Source of the DNA: an uncultured Bacteroidota bacterium | Lineage (GTDB): Bacteria > Bacteroidota > Bacteroidia > AKYH767-A > JABDAW01 | Direction of reading: 5' to 3' | Length of the DNA stretch: 64,000 bases | NCBI GenBank assembly: GCA_903844645.1 | Contig: CAIMUP010000027.1 | Coordinates: 6,547 to 70,546 of the forward strand | Shown: positions 41,744-51,588 of the stretch, piece after piece | How the letters are laid out: each line of letters begins with the position of its first letter | Position numbering within the stretch: the first letter of the stretch is position 1 | Position numbers and translations under genes: made by a program | Notes under the pieces: model-generated | Seen by the model: only the letters and a program-made list of their open reading frames with translations | Database searches by the model: none | What the model was told of the DNA's origin: nothing

Positions 41744-43531
41744 TTACAAAGGAAGATCATCAGAACTTTCATTCCCTGGCAAAAATTCTTGAAGAGTTCG
41801 CCTCTCATAAGGCAAAGTAAGTTCATCTAATCTCCCTGTTTTATGATAACAGTATTTACAAACTCCACAATTAACACATTTGTTTGAATTCAATTCGTCA
41901 ACAGCAAAAAGAGATATTTTATCCTGTTTAAATTCCTTAACATTTTGAAGAACTTTAGCTAATGTTTCTTTATCATTTTGGTCAGGAGTAATTTTGAAAA
42001 TACTAAATCCCTTTATCTTGTAATGTGCCTTAGAGTTTTCTTGGTGGGGTTGTTCTTGATTATTTTGTTTTACAAAATCCCAATACCAGTATATTAGAAT
42101 CCCATATTTTGAATCCAGTTCATTTAGCTCTAGTATATGATTTAGGATTTCTATTCTATGATTGGGAAATTCTGTTTGAACTTGTTCCTTATTCAATTGA
42201 TATTTCGAAAATTTTTCTTCAACAACATAAACCGTTTGATTAGAATCTTTGAATACATAATCAGGGGCACCACAATTATCCGTTGAGGTGTTATAAAATA
42301 CTTTGGTTGTTTTACCCGATTTATTTTCAAGAAGTAAAGTTGAGCTAAAAATATTTTTGATTAGAGCATTAACAGTCGGATCAATCCCTATTTCTAAAAA
42401 ATCAGCAAAAGCTTTTTCAATGTTTTGCGTTGCCTTGAAAATATTGAGTCTGTCTAATAGTAACTTTTTTTCAGTCCAAACTAATTCTATATTAATGTCA
42501 TGATCATCTTCAGTCGGGATAGATTGTTGTATTGCAAAGCTAACTGGGCAATACACAAAGTCAGCAATTTTACTTGAACTGATAATCTCAGTTTCAATTC
42601 TGTTAGTTGTCCAAGTTTGTGTTTTAAAATCAATTTCTATAAGAATCTTCTTTATTGCATTACCGATTGATTTAAGTTCCCAAGATGCTTCATAATCATT
42701 CAAGCCATTAAAATTATTCTCCCAATGTTTTAGATATTGAATTTGCCCGCTCATAAGTGACATTAAGTAATTGTCTCTTATTTCATCATTTGAAAATCCG
42801 ATTTTAGAAAGTAGTAGATTGAATAGATTTTCTCCCTTAGAATGTAAAATGATTGCTGTATGAAAGGCTAAAGTTTCTACAAGATCAGGATACTCTTTAA
42901 GCCCAATAAGAGCTATCCCTTTGAATTTTTCATAATCGTTCATGTAAAATAATGCTATTGAATAGAGCTTAAAATATTTTTTTCTTTCTGGTTCATTGTT
43001 TATTGGAATACCATATTCGTTTATAAAAGTCGAGTTGGTTTGTAATGAATTTGGGTCAAGTGGTTTCAACCATTCAATAACCTTTTCATATTCTCTTTGA
43101 CCATTGTAATACTCTACTACCGAAAAAATTGCTTTATAATATGGGGAGTATTTTTTATCTAACTGGGATTGGTATTGAATTTTTATCTCGGTACCATATT
43201 TTAATAAAACATCTTCTTTATTGTAAATATATTCCTTTTGATTTTCGTCCCATTTCTTTTTAATTTTAGTGTAGTAAATGTTCCAATAGTAATCATCGAT
43301 TATTGTGTCTTTCCATTCAGGATAACGAGACATGATAGTTTCACAAATCATTAGTGCTTCTTCATATTGCCCATTTTTCCTTAAACAAAATGCATAATTT
43401 TTTCCATAAAAAATACTCAAATTTGAAGGTGGATTCTCCCAAAGTTTTTTAAAAATGGGAATAGCCGCTTTGTATTTTTTGTCTTTTAAAAGTTGGTTAG
43501 CTTGCTTATATATTTCTTCTGATGTTGGCAT
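41744..43531 (-). CDS. TPR/helical N-domain fused to a Cas4/RecB-like PD-(D/E)xK nuclease with a Cys cluster (Fe-S or Zn)
   Basis: About 330 aa N-terminal TPR-like helical region. Then 'ADFVYCP' (Cas4-like N-terminal Cys), 'GAPDYVF' (motif II Asp), 'VYVVEEK' (ExK) and C-terminal 'CVNCGVCKYC' (CxxCxxCxxC). Confidence 0.55.
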   Translation of the reverse strand: MPTSEEIYKQANQLLKDKKYKAAIPIFKKLWENPPSNLSIFYGKNYAFCLRKNGQYEEALMICETIMSRYPEWKDTIIDDYYWNIYYTKIKKKWDENQKEYIYNKEDVLLKYGTEIKIQYQSQLDKKYSPYYKAIFSVVEYYNGQREYEKVIEWLKPLDPNSLQTNSTFINEYGIPINNEPERKKYFKLYSIALFYMNDYEKFKGIALIGLKEYPDLVETLAFHTAIILHSKGENLFNLLLSKIGFSNDEIRDNYLMSLMSGQIQYLKHWENNFNGLNDYEASWELKSIGNAIKKILIEIDFKTQTWTTNRIETEIISSSKIADFVYCPVSFAIQQSIPTEDDHDINIELVWTEKKLLLDRLNIFKATQNIEKAFADFLEIGIDPTVNALIKNIFSSTLLLENKSGKTTKVFYNTSTDNCGAPDYVFKDSNQTVYVVEEKFSKYQLNKEQVQTEFPNHRIEILNHILELNELDSKYGILIYWYWDFVKQNNQEQPHQENSKAHYKIKGFSIFKITPDQNDKETLAKVLQNVKEFKQDKISLFAVDELNSNKCVNCGVCKYCYHKTGRLDELTLPYERRTLQEFLPGNESSDDLPL

Positions 43532-43628
43532 AGTATTTTAAATCAACTTTGGTAATTCCTTTCTACAAGTTCAATCCTATTATATAATATCTTATTTCAT
43601 CGCGACAAAACTAACAAATCTCCATAAA

Positions 43629-43662
43629 ACAAAAAAGCCCAACACTTCGTGTCGGGCTTTCC
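43629..43662 (-). terminator. Rho-independent terminator for the 43678..44706 gene
   Basis: Read on the minus strand: gaaagcccgacacgaagtgttgggcttttttgtttt. A 10-bp GC-rich stem followed by a T-run, 15 bp after the stop. Confidence 0.6.
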
Positions 43663-43677
43663 TGTTATTTAATTCCC

Positions 43678-44706
43678 TTATACCAAAGGAGGTGTCGGAG
43701 CACTCGAAGAACTCTTCCCCTTAGCCAATATCCCCGTCACATGAGCATCATCAGTAGCACTCAAACTCTCCACTATTACATTATGCCCGAATACACCACC
43801 AAAATCATCAGGAATAGACAATTTAATTTCACTGTCGGGAGCTAAAACATAGCCACCTGTAGCGGGTACCGTCGTCCCATCAGAAATAAAAACTTTCACG
43901 CTCGCCAATACACTATGATTCCTCAAAGTCAAAGTATCACCAGGCAAATATTTATTATGAAACCAAGCCACATGTTCCCCTGGGTGCAACACATCTTCTT
44001 CTGTCTTCATCGTCTTTCCGAGGTCAATAATTTTCCTTCCGTTATCGTAAGTCGTAACAAAAGTTCCGTGAAGCAGTCTATAAGTATGAATCAAATTATC
44101 CTGCTTTTTCATTGCCTTTTTCAACAGTTTCATTTGAGCCACGATGTCGCCGGTAGCAGCACTTTTCACCACCTGTGCTATCCTGAATTGAGGATTCGCC
44201 AAAGTCAATGCCGCAATGTCAGAAGTATAAGTAGTAATCTGTAAAGGAGTGATATTAACATTCGGCAACTCCAAAACAGGAATCGCATTTACTTTACCTA
44301 AAATAAAATTCATTTTCACCAAAGCCTCCTGAATAGCACACTGTGTCAGATCAGTATAAGTATAATGCATCGCCTCCGCCAAAACAGGTTGTTCAGGAGT
44401 AGTATTCTCCGCCCAAGCCTTCGTCCCGATATTCATGTGAACACCCATCGTAGCAGTATCTTTCCACAATTGCTCCTTGTTCGTGGTATTGCCATGCAGG
44501 TCAGCTTCCGTCAATCCTGCATCCAAAAGAATCTGGTCAAATATCTGTTGCACCTTGGCCTTAGCCTGCACCACAAAAGTATTTCCAATCCATATTGCAC
44601 TGTTGGTTGGTATGTCCAAAACTCCCCGCTCCACGGGTACCATTCTCAAATAATTTAATTGCTTGTCGGTCATTGTATTTAATTTTAACGGAGCGAAGAT
44701 AAACAA
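43678..44706 (-). CDS. Hypothetical protein
   Basis: 342-aa ORF with its own terminator hairpin. A second in-frame Met (MTDKQLNYL, 44673) is a possible start. No recognisable motifs. Confidence 0.5.
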   Translation of the reverse strand: MFIFAPLKLNTMTDKQLNYLRMVPVERGVLDIPTNSAIWIGNTFVVQAKAKVQQIFDQILLDAGLTEADLHGNTTNKEQLWKDTATMGVHMNIGTKAWAENTTPEQPVLAEAMHYTYTDLTQCAIQEALVKMNFILGKVNAIPVLELPNVNITPLQITTYTSDIAALTLANPQFRIAQVVKSAATGDIVAQMKLLKKAMKKQDNLIHTYRLLHGTFVTTYDNGRKIIDLGKTMKTEEDVLHPGEHVAWFHNKYLPGDTLTLRNHSVLASVKVFISDGTTVPATGGYVLAPDSEIKLSIPDDFGGVFGHNVIVESLSATDDAHVTGILAKGKSSSSAPTPPLV

Positions 44707-44766
44707 ACTTTCATCAGTTCAAAGAAAAATCGTCTATCCTACCAAAAAAATATTCCCCTGCCAGAT

Positions 44767-45018
44767 TAGTATTTGCATGTCAGAACCACTATTTACTGGT
44801 CAGCATCAAATATTTGGTAGGCAGCATTAAGTATTTACTGGTCAGCATCGTATATTTGGTTGGCAGGAACAAGTATTTAGTAGGCAGCAACGAGTATTTG
44901 AAGGTCAGCCTCAAGTATTGACAGGTCAGCATCGTCTATTTGAAGGTTAGCACCAAGTATTTGGTAGGCAGCATCAAGTATTTAGTCGTCAGCACCATGT
45001 ATTTGAATGTCAGCACCA
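44767..45018. repeat. Tandem array of 21-bp units (agtatttggtaggcagcatca), about 12 copies
   Basis: Direct reading. Lies between the start of the 43678..44706 gene and the stop of the FAH-family gene. Confidence 0.9.
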
Positions 45019-45025
45019 ACAAAAA

Positions 45026-45637
45026 CTATTTCACCTCCACCTTCAGCAATTCTTTCCCCTCAATAAAAGCGGTAAGCACATCCCCGATCTTCACAGCACC
45101 AACACCCACAGGAGTTCCGGTAAATATCAAATCGCCCTTCTTCAAAGTAAAATAAGAAGAAACATGAGCAATAATATCATCAATAGAATGCAACATAAGT
45201 CCGGTATTCCCCTGCTGAACCGTCTTGCCATTAATATCCAAATGAAAGTTGATATTGCGAAGATTCTCGAAATTACTTTTGCTCTGAAACTTCCCGATAG
45301 GCGCCGACCCATCGAAGCCTTTCGCCTTCTCCCACGGCAATCCGTCGGTCTTGCATTTGTTTTGAATATCACGAGCAGTGAAGTCAATTCCTATCCCGAT
45401 CTCTTCGTAATACTTGTAAGCAAATTGCTTAGCAATATTCTTTCCGGTCTGCGAAATCTTATAAACAATCTCTACCTCGTGATGAATGTTTTTGGAGAAT
45501 TCAGGATAATAAAAAGGATTATTATTAATAATAATAGCCGAGTCAGGCTTCATAAAAATCACAGGCTCATCCGGAATAGGAGAGTTCATTTCCTTGGCAT
45601 GTTCAGCGTAGTTTCTACCTATAGCAACTATTTTCAT
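45026..45637 (-). CDS. Fumarylacetoacetate hydrolase (FAH)-family protein
   Basis: 'MKIVAIGRNYAEHAKEMNSPIPDEPVIFMKP...' and 'GTPVGVG' are typical of the short FAH/HpcE-type hydratase-isomerase family. Confidence 0.8.
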   Translation of the reverse strand: MKIVAIGRNYAEHAKEMNSPIPDEPVIFMKPDSAIIINNNPFYYPEFSKNIHHEVEIVYKISQTGKNIAKQFAYKYYEEIGIGIDFTARDIQNKCKTDGLPWEKAKGFDGSAPIGKFQSKSNFENLRNINFHLDINGKTVQQGNTGLMLHSIDDIIAHVSSYFTLKKGDLIFTGTPVGVGAVKIGDVLTAFIEGKELLKVEVK

Positions 45638-45649
45638 GGGAGTATAAAT

Positions 45650-46441
45650 TTATTTTATTGTAACGATTCGTTTACGAATCTCTGTGATGACTTTCTTGGT
45701 ATTGGCAGCGAAATCGCCTTGCATCATCCAATCGTAATACGATAATTCTTTTCTGAAAACATCCTCCACAATCTTGCCTTTGTGCTTTCCGAAGTTGAAG
45801 ATTTCTTTGCCATTTTCATCACGCACAATCCTCGCCGCGAAGTCCACATTGTTCTTTTGTTGAGAGAAGTTATGTAAGAATTCAATATCGTTCTTCAATT
45901 CAGAATAACGCAACAATTGAGCTTTGAAAACCTCGAAGGTAGCGACTATATCAGCTTCTGCACTGTGAGCATTGTCAAGGTTTTTGCCACAATAAAACTT
46001 GTATGCAGCACCGAGATTTCTTGACTCCATTTTATGGAAAATTGTTTGCACATCCACCAATCTCCGATTGTCCATACTGAAGTCAATCCCTGCACGGGAG
46101 AACTCTTCATTCAATAAAGGCACATCAAATTTATTGGAATTGAAGCCCCCTAAATCACAATCAACAAGCACAGAAATTAAGTTCGTTGCATCATCTTTAA
46201 AGGTGATACAATCCTTGACATCGGCATCATATATACCATGCACTTTCGAAGCACCAATGGGAATCGGAATCGTAGGATTGTAACGCTTGGTATAGATTTC
46301 TCGTGAATTATTTGTGGCGATTTTAAGAATAGAAATTTCAACAATTCTATCACTGCTTACTTCAACTCCCGTAGTTTCTAAATCAATAAAAGCAAGAGGT
46401 TTTGTGAGATTAAGAAAGAAGGAAGTTTCTAAAGTCTCCAT
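45650..46441 (-). CDS. DEDD-family 3'-5' exonuclease (DnaQ/RNase T-like)
   Basis: Exo I motif 'AFIDLETTG', then 'HGIYDADV' and 'HSAEADI' (Exo II/III), plus a C-terminal extension. Confidence 0.8.
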   Translation of the reverse strand: METLETSFFLNLTKPLAFIDLETTGVEVSSDRIVEISILKIATNNSREIYTKRYNPTIPIPIGASKVHGIYDADVKDCITFKDDATNLISVLVDCDLGGFNSNKFDVPLLNEEFSRAGIDFSMDNRRLVDVQTIFHKMESRNLGAAYKFYCGKNLDNAHSAEADIVATFEVFKAQLLRYSELKNDIEFLHNFSQQKNNVDFAARIVRDENGKEIFNFGKHKGKIVEDVFRKELSYYDWMMQGDFAANTKKVITEIRKRIVTIK

Positions 46442-46444
46442 TCT

Positions 46445-48085
46445 TTATTTGGTGATGTAAAATGATTTTTGCATTTCGGCAGGTTGCATTTTATCAGGGA
46501 TAATAAAGTCTTCGGTATAGGTCTTCAATCCAGCAGATTCAGCAGCAAGATGATATTTACCGGCGGGAAGAATCATGATAAATTTACCACCTTTTATTTT
46601 TGAATTATAGATTCCTACTGTTTTGTTTTCAGCATTTGTCAAAGTTACTTTTACTTTTCCATCAGCAGCGGAATCACCAGAAATAGTTCCCTGAACAATA
46701 GTGGTTCTTGAATTGCTTACACCCGGCTCGGTATTAAAGGTAATTCGGTAAATATCTAAATCGCCCATGCCATCCTCGCGTTGTGCAGCAATGTAGGCGT
46801 GTTTTTTATCGGCTGTAACAGAGAAATAAATATTATCATCACTGGTGTTAATCGGAAAGCCAAGATTGACCGGTTCCGACCACTCATCTTTGTCGGCATT
46901 GTAATCAGATTTAAAATAATCATAGCCACCCATCGAGTTAAATCCTTTAGAGCTAAAGTAAAGAGTTTTATCATCAGCGGTGAGAAACGGACCATCTTCA
47001 TCTTCTTTAGAATTGATTGTATTTCCAAGGTTTTCGGGAGTGCTCCAATCTCCGTTAGGCAGGCGTTTCGACTTATATAAATCCTTACCACCGAAGCCGC
47101 CCTTTCTATCGCTCGAAAAAATTAGAAACTTCCCATCAGATGAAAGTGCACCACCCGATTCTACACTTTTCGTATTAACATTAGAACCCATAGTTTCTGG
47201 TTTAAGCCATTGCTTTGATTGCAATGTTGATAAGTATAGATCAGAAAAATCAGTTTTTGAATCAAAGAACAAAATCATCTTATCACCTGTTGCATTCAAA
47301 CCCACACACTCTTCCGATTCTTCAGTATTAATAGTATATCCAATGTTCTTTGCCTTTTGCCATTGTCCGTCTTTCATAACAGAAAAATAAACATCGGCAG
47401 GGTTTTGACCTATGTCTTCTGGGTTATCGTAACTCCCTCCAGTATTGCCTTGTCGTTGACTTGAGAACACAAGAAATGTTTCACTTGCATTTACATAAGG
47501 ACCATAATCTGCACCCGAAGAATTAATCATTTTGCCTAAGTTTTCAAATTTTACATCTACAGGTTTGGCAACCAATTCCCTCGCATTTTCACAATATTCT
47601 AATAGTTTGTCAACATTCGTCAAAGTTTCTACTTTAAGTTTACTTCCTTCTTTGTAAGTATTTAAAGCTGCTATTGCCTCGTCGAATTTATTAGCATATT
47701 GATAAGCTTTTCCAAGTAATAGAAACACGTCTTTAGGAGCATCTTTTTGTTTAGAGGCATATTCTAAATAAGATACCGCTTTAGATCTCCCTAAAGTCGT
47801 TTTAAGATAACATAAACCTATTTTATAATTTACTAAACCATCCTTAGGGTTATCCTTATATACCTCCAGAAACGCCATCAAAGCAGCATAATAATTATCT
47901 GCGGATAGATAACTATTTGCTTCTTTCTTATCAAAGTTTACTGTTGTTGCAGTACTTGCTTTTTTTACATGCGGAGGACGAGCTGCCTTTGTTGTATCGT
48001 GAGCAGCATGATGCTGGGCGTTAGTATTAGAGGCAAAAATAAATAATACTAAAAGGCTAATGAAAAACTTATTAAAATAGTTCAT
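46445..48085 (-). CDS. Secreted TPR + PD40/WD40-like beta-propeller repeat protein (TolB-like)
   Basis: Signal peptide, TPR-like N-domain, then repeated 'S.D...L.FSS.R.GG.GG.DLY' PD40 units. Confidence 0.6.
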   Translation of the reverse strand: MNYFNKFFISLLVLFIFASNTNAQHHAAHDTTKAARPPHVKKASTATTVNFDKKEANSYLSADNYYAALMAFLEVYKDNPKDGLVNYKIGLCYLKTTLGRSKAVSYLEYASKQKDAPKDVFLLLGKAYQYANKFDEAIAALNTYKEGSKLKVETLTNVDKLLEYCENARELVAKPVDVKFENLGKMINSSGADYGPYVNASETFLVFSSQRQGNTGGSYDNPEDIGQNPADVYFSVMKDGQWQKAKNIGYTINTEESEECVGLNATGDKMILFFDSKTDFSDLYLSTLQSKQWLKPETMGSNVNTKSVESGGALSSDGKFLIFSSDRKGGFGGKDLYKSKRLPNGDWSTPENLGNTINSKEDEDGPFLTADDKTLYFSSKGFNSMGGYDYFKSDYNADKDEWSEPVNLGFPINTSDDNIYFSVTADKKHAYIAAQREDGMGDLDIYRITFNTEPGVSNSRTTIVQGTISGDSAADGKVKVTLTNAENKTVGIYNSKIKGGKFIMILPAGKYHLAAESAGLKTYTEDFIIPDKMQPAEMQKSFYITK

Positions 48086-48115
48086 AGATAAAAATTAAAA
48101 AGATAAATGCTTTTT

Positions 48116-49429
48116 TTAAATGGTTCTTTTGATATCGAAAGCTTCGAGATAATCAGCAACGCGCCTCAAGAAACTCCCTCCCAATGCTCCATCAACAACC
48201 CGATGATCATAAGACAATGAAAGAAACATCATCTGGCGGATACCAATGAAATCTCCTTGAGAAGTTTCAATGACCGCTGGTTTCTTTTTGATTGCCCCAG
48301 TAGCCATAATCGCAACTTGTGGTTGATTGATAATTGGTGTCCCCATTGCGTTACCAAAAGTGCCGACATTGGTTACAGTAAAGGTTCCTCCTTGAATATC
48401 ATCGGGACTTAGCTTATTATTCCGTGCTTTACTGGCAAGGCTGTTCACCGCTTTTGTTAAGCCGAGAAGATTCAAGGTATCAGTTTTTTTTATTACCGGG
48501 ACAATCAAATTTCCAGTTGGAAGAGCTGTTGCCATGCCTATGTTAATATCTTTCTTCACAATGATTTTTGTTCCGTCAACAGAAACATTTACCATCGGGA
48601 AATCTTTCAATGCTCTTGCAATTGCTTCAATAAATATCGGGGTGTATGTAATCTTTTCATTCTCTCTTTTCTCAAATGCCGCTTTATTCTTTTCTCTCCA
48701 AACAACCATGTTTGTAACATCCACTTCAACATAAGAAGTTACATGTGGAGAAACTCTTTTCGACATCACCATGTGCTCTGCAATCAACTTACGCATACGA
48801 TCCATCTCAATGATTTCGTATTCGCCACTTACTGAAACAGCCGCTGCTGCTGGTTTCTCGGCAACAGATGCTGTAGAAGTAACTGGTTGTTTAGTTTTGT
48901 TTGAAAGATAATTCAGTAAATCATTTTTTGTTACTCTTCCTTCATTTCCAGAACCTTGAATCCTATCCAATTCCTCAATAGAAACATTTTCCTGCTTCGC
49001 AATATTCTTTATCAAAGGAGAATAAAACCGATTGCCTGAATTAGTGGGTATTGGTGTTGAACTTGGGATAAATGGGACTACTCTTCCAAGTATTTCAACT
49101 TTAGTTTCGGTAAATGGTGTTTCTGTAACAACTTGTTTTGTTGATGGAGCAACAGGAGTTCCATTTGATGAAGGTGTAACAGCTTTCGCATCACTTTCAA
49201 TCAAAGCAATCACTGAACCAACTTGTACCACTTGCCCTTCTTCAAAAAGCCTTTTAGTTAATATCCCTGATGAAGGAGAAGGAATATCAGAATCCACTTT
49301 ATCAGTGGCTATCTCAAGGATAGACTCATCCGCTTCGATTTTGTCACCAACATTCTTTAACCATTTCAGAACGGTTGCTTCTGCAACGCTCTCGCCCATT
49401 TTGGGCATTATCATTTCTACTATCGCCAT
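48116..49429 (-). CDS. 2-oxoacid dehydrogenase complex E2 component (dihydrolipoamide acyltransferase)
   Basis: Lipoyl domain 'LEIATDKVDSDIPSPSSGIL', a Pro/Ala-rich linker, and the catalytic 'DHRVVDGA' motif. Confidence 0.85.
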   Translation of the reverse strand: MAIVEMIMPKMGESVAEATVLKWLKNVGDKIEADESILEIATDKVDSDIPSPSSGILTKRLFEEGQVVQVGSVIALIESDAKAVTPSSNGTPVAPSTKQVVTETPFTETKVEILGRVVPFIPSSTPIPTNSGNRFYSPLIKNIAKQENVSIEELDRIQGSGNEGRVTKNDLLNYLSNKTKQPVTSTASVAEKPAAAAVSVSGEYEIIEMDRMRKLIAEHMVMSKRVSPHVTSYVEVDVTNMVVWREKNKAAFEKRENEKITYTPIFIEAIARALKDFPMVNVSVDGTKIIVKKDINIGMATALPTGNLIVPVIKKTDTLNLLGLTKAVNSLASKARNNKLSPDDIQGGTFTVTNVGTFGNAMGTPIINQPQVAIMATGAIKKKPAVIETSQGDFIGIRQMMFLSLSYDHRVVDGALGGSFLRRVADYLEAFDIKRTI

Positions 49430-49530
49430 GTCATTATTTATCTTTTCAGAGCGTCAAAATTAAAAATAAAAAGGGAAAAAAATCTGCAGCAAATTTCACG
49501 AAGAATAATTTCTGAAATCAGTAGCAAAGA

Positions 49531-51390
49531 TTATTTAGGAGATGGTTCGTTGTGCTGTATTAAATCCAACTTGCCTTGAATGACTTTAGGATTATCGGGA
49601 GCTTTCTCGAAACGTAAATCTTGGAACTTAGACATTACCCCACTTGGCATTTCAGCATCGGCAACATTACAAACAATAGTATAAGTGAATGGTGTGTTTG
49701 ATGTGCCACCATTAAGTTCTACAACATCAAAACCTGTTGCAGTTTTATTTTTTACAACTACCCCTTTACAATTTTCATTATCCTCTAATTGGATAAAAAC
49801 ACGTAGCGGATGTTGAGAGCTTATAGCAACATTCTTTGCAAGAATTGGGTCTAAGTTGATATGCACAGACCCATTTACCAATTTCCCTTGTCCATAATCT
49901 TGAAAATAAAATTCAGGGGTTTCGGCGCAATGCATCACAACATATTTTCCATTCAAATCCTTGACAGCACAAGAAACGGAGCCTACTGTCGCTTCTAAAA
50001 TTTTATAATTTGTTCCATTATAATAATTAAGATATTCAAAAGTATTGTTGATGGCGTTATACATTTCAATTGATGCAGATGGGTTAGCAGCGTTGTTGGT
50101 GGTTGCTGCATAAAGCCCTACCGTTGTCCCGAAGAAAGCTGCTCCAGAACCCGATGACAAAACTCCTGGTGTAGAGTTATTCCCTATCGCAACAATACCT
50201 GTAGATGAAGCTCCCGCTGCCTGTGCATAGAACCCATAACCATGACCTTTTGTTGAATAACTAAAAGCTCCAATAGAATCTCCATTGAATGCTCCACCCG
50301 CTCCACAGGATAGTACCGTCGGGTTGTTTATTGCATTTCCTGCACCCACAACACCAGTGGCTGAAGTGCCTGATGCTTGCCCATAAACTCCGAAGCCATG
50401 CGTCTTTGTTTCATATCCAAAAGCTCCAACAGAATCTCCTTTGAACGAGCCGCCCGAACCACCCGGAGCATAGGTCGCATTGCCAAGATTATTCCCTACG
50501 CCGATGACTCCCGTGCCTGATGAATTCGTATTCTGTCCCCATACGGCTGCTGCATTTGATGACAAGGTACAGTATGCCAAAAGACCACATGATACCGATG
50601 AATAAGCAATAATTGCCGATGCAATATTAGTCCCTGAACTCGATGCTATGATTGCTGGTGTGCCGCCACTTCCCGCTGTTAATGGGGCATTGGCATACAC
50701 GACTGGTTTTTTATAAGGATTCCCCGCAATCGTTATCGAGCCGGTATATCCTAAAAACACTTCATCTGTCGTGGTATCTACTGCATGCAGTGCATAACCA
50801 GTCGCAGAAGTATTTGCTGTTGTAATATTTATTCCGCTTATCGAACCGCCCGCCACAGTAAGCATTTCGGTGCTTGTCGGTGTTATATTTATTCCTGCCA
50901 TTCCGGTAGAAAGAAAACGCATCCGTTCGACATTAGTGGTTTTAAAAACCAAATCTTTCGCATCGGTTGTTCCTAAAAAATTAGTCCCTGGTACGGTTCC
51001 GGTATTCCCTGTCAATGTCCATTGTGTGGTGGCGGTGGTATAAAACATTTGCCATTGTGTTCCATCATAATACCAAAATCCGATAGAGCCACTCGTCATC
51101 GAGGCATTGGTATTATACACCAGCAAACTGGTGGCAGGACTGCTGATGGTTACTACATCGGTAGTGGATAGCAGGGCTACACGCGGCATTAAAAAACCTG
51201 AACTGGTGCTGGTAATATCCAGCATGGCGGAGGCAGCTGGTGATGCTCCGGTGGAATTGATTCCTACGTTTTGGCTTTTCGCTGTGGAGATAAAAATCAG
51301 GACAGAAAAAAATAAACCTACAAGCGTACGGGTCTTGGAAATCTTCTTCTCAAGAACTTTTTCTTTGCTGTTTGTAATGATCTTTTTCAT
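49531..51390 (-). CDS. Secreted Gly/Thr/Ala-rich protein (tail-fibre-like beta-helix?), function unknown
   Basis: Signal peptide. N-terminal 'QNVGINSTGASPAASAMLDITSTSSGFLMPRVAL' resembles tail-fibre/collagen-like domain openings. Low-complexity G/A/S/T body. No T9SS sorting domain visible. Confidence 0.5.
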   Translation of the reverse strand: MKKIITNSKEKVLEKKISKTRTLVGLFFSVLIFISTAKSQNVGINSTGASPAASAMLDITSTSSGFLMPRVALLSTTDVVTISSPATSLLVYNTNASMTSGSIGFWYYDGTQWQMFYTTATTQWTLTGNTGTVPGTNFLGTTDAKDLVFKTTNVERMRFLSTGMAGINITPTSTEMLTVAGGSISGINITTANTSATGYALHAVDTTTDEVFLGYTGSITIAGNPYKKPVVYANAPLTAGSGGTPAIIASSSGTNIASAIIAYSSVSCGLLAYCTLSSNAAAVWGQNTNSSGTGVIGVGNNLGNATYAPGGSGGSFKGDSVGAFGYETKTHGFGVYGQASGTSATGVVGAGNAINNPTVLSCGAGGAFNGDSIGAFSYSTKGHGYGFYAQAAGASSTGIVAIGNNSTPGVLSSGSGAAFFGTTVGLYAATTNNAANPSASIEMYNAINNTFEYLNYYNGTNYKILEATVGSVSCAVKDLNGKYVVMHCAETPEFYFQDYGQGKLVNGSVHINLDPILAKNVAISSQHPLRVFIQLEDNENCKGVVVKNKTATGFDVVELNGGTSNTPFTYTIVCNVADAEMPSGVMSKFQDLRFEKAPDNPKVIQGKLDLIQHNEPSPK

Positions 51391-51521
51391 ATTTATTAAT
51401 TACGATGTCAAAAGGAAAATAGTTGGTTCGCGGCACAAAATTAAGTAAAATTTCGGAAATACCAAAATATTGTTAAAAAAAGTTTTTTTGAACAAAAGAA
51501 CTTTCCTTCCCTTTTTCCTAA

Positions 51522-51571
51522 AAAAAAGCAGATGAGAGCTATAAAATTTACAGCCGCCATCTGCTTTTTCA
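51522..51571 (-). terminator. Hairpin with a T-run; putative terminator for the 51589..52227 gene
   Basis: aaaaagcagatg...catctgctttttttt (9-12-bp stem, large loop), followed on the minus strand by T8. Confidence 0.4.
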
Positions 51572-51588
51572 TCACCAAAATCTTATTC

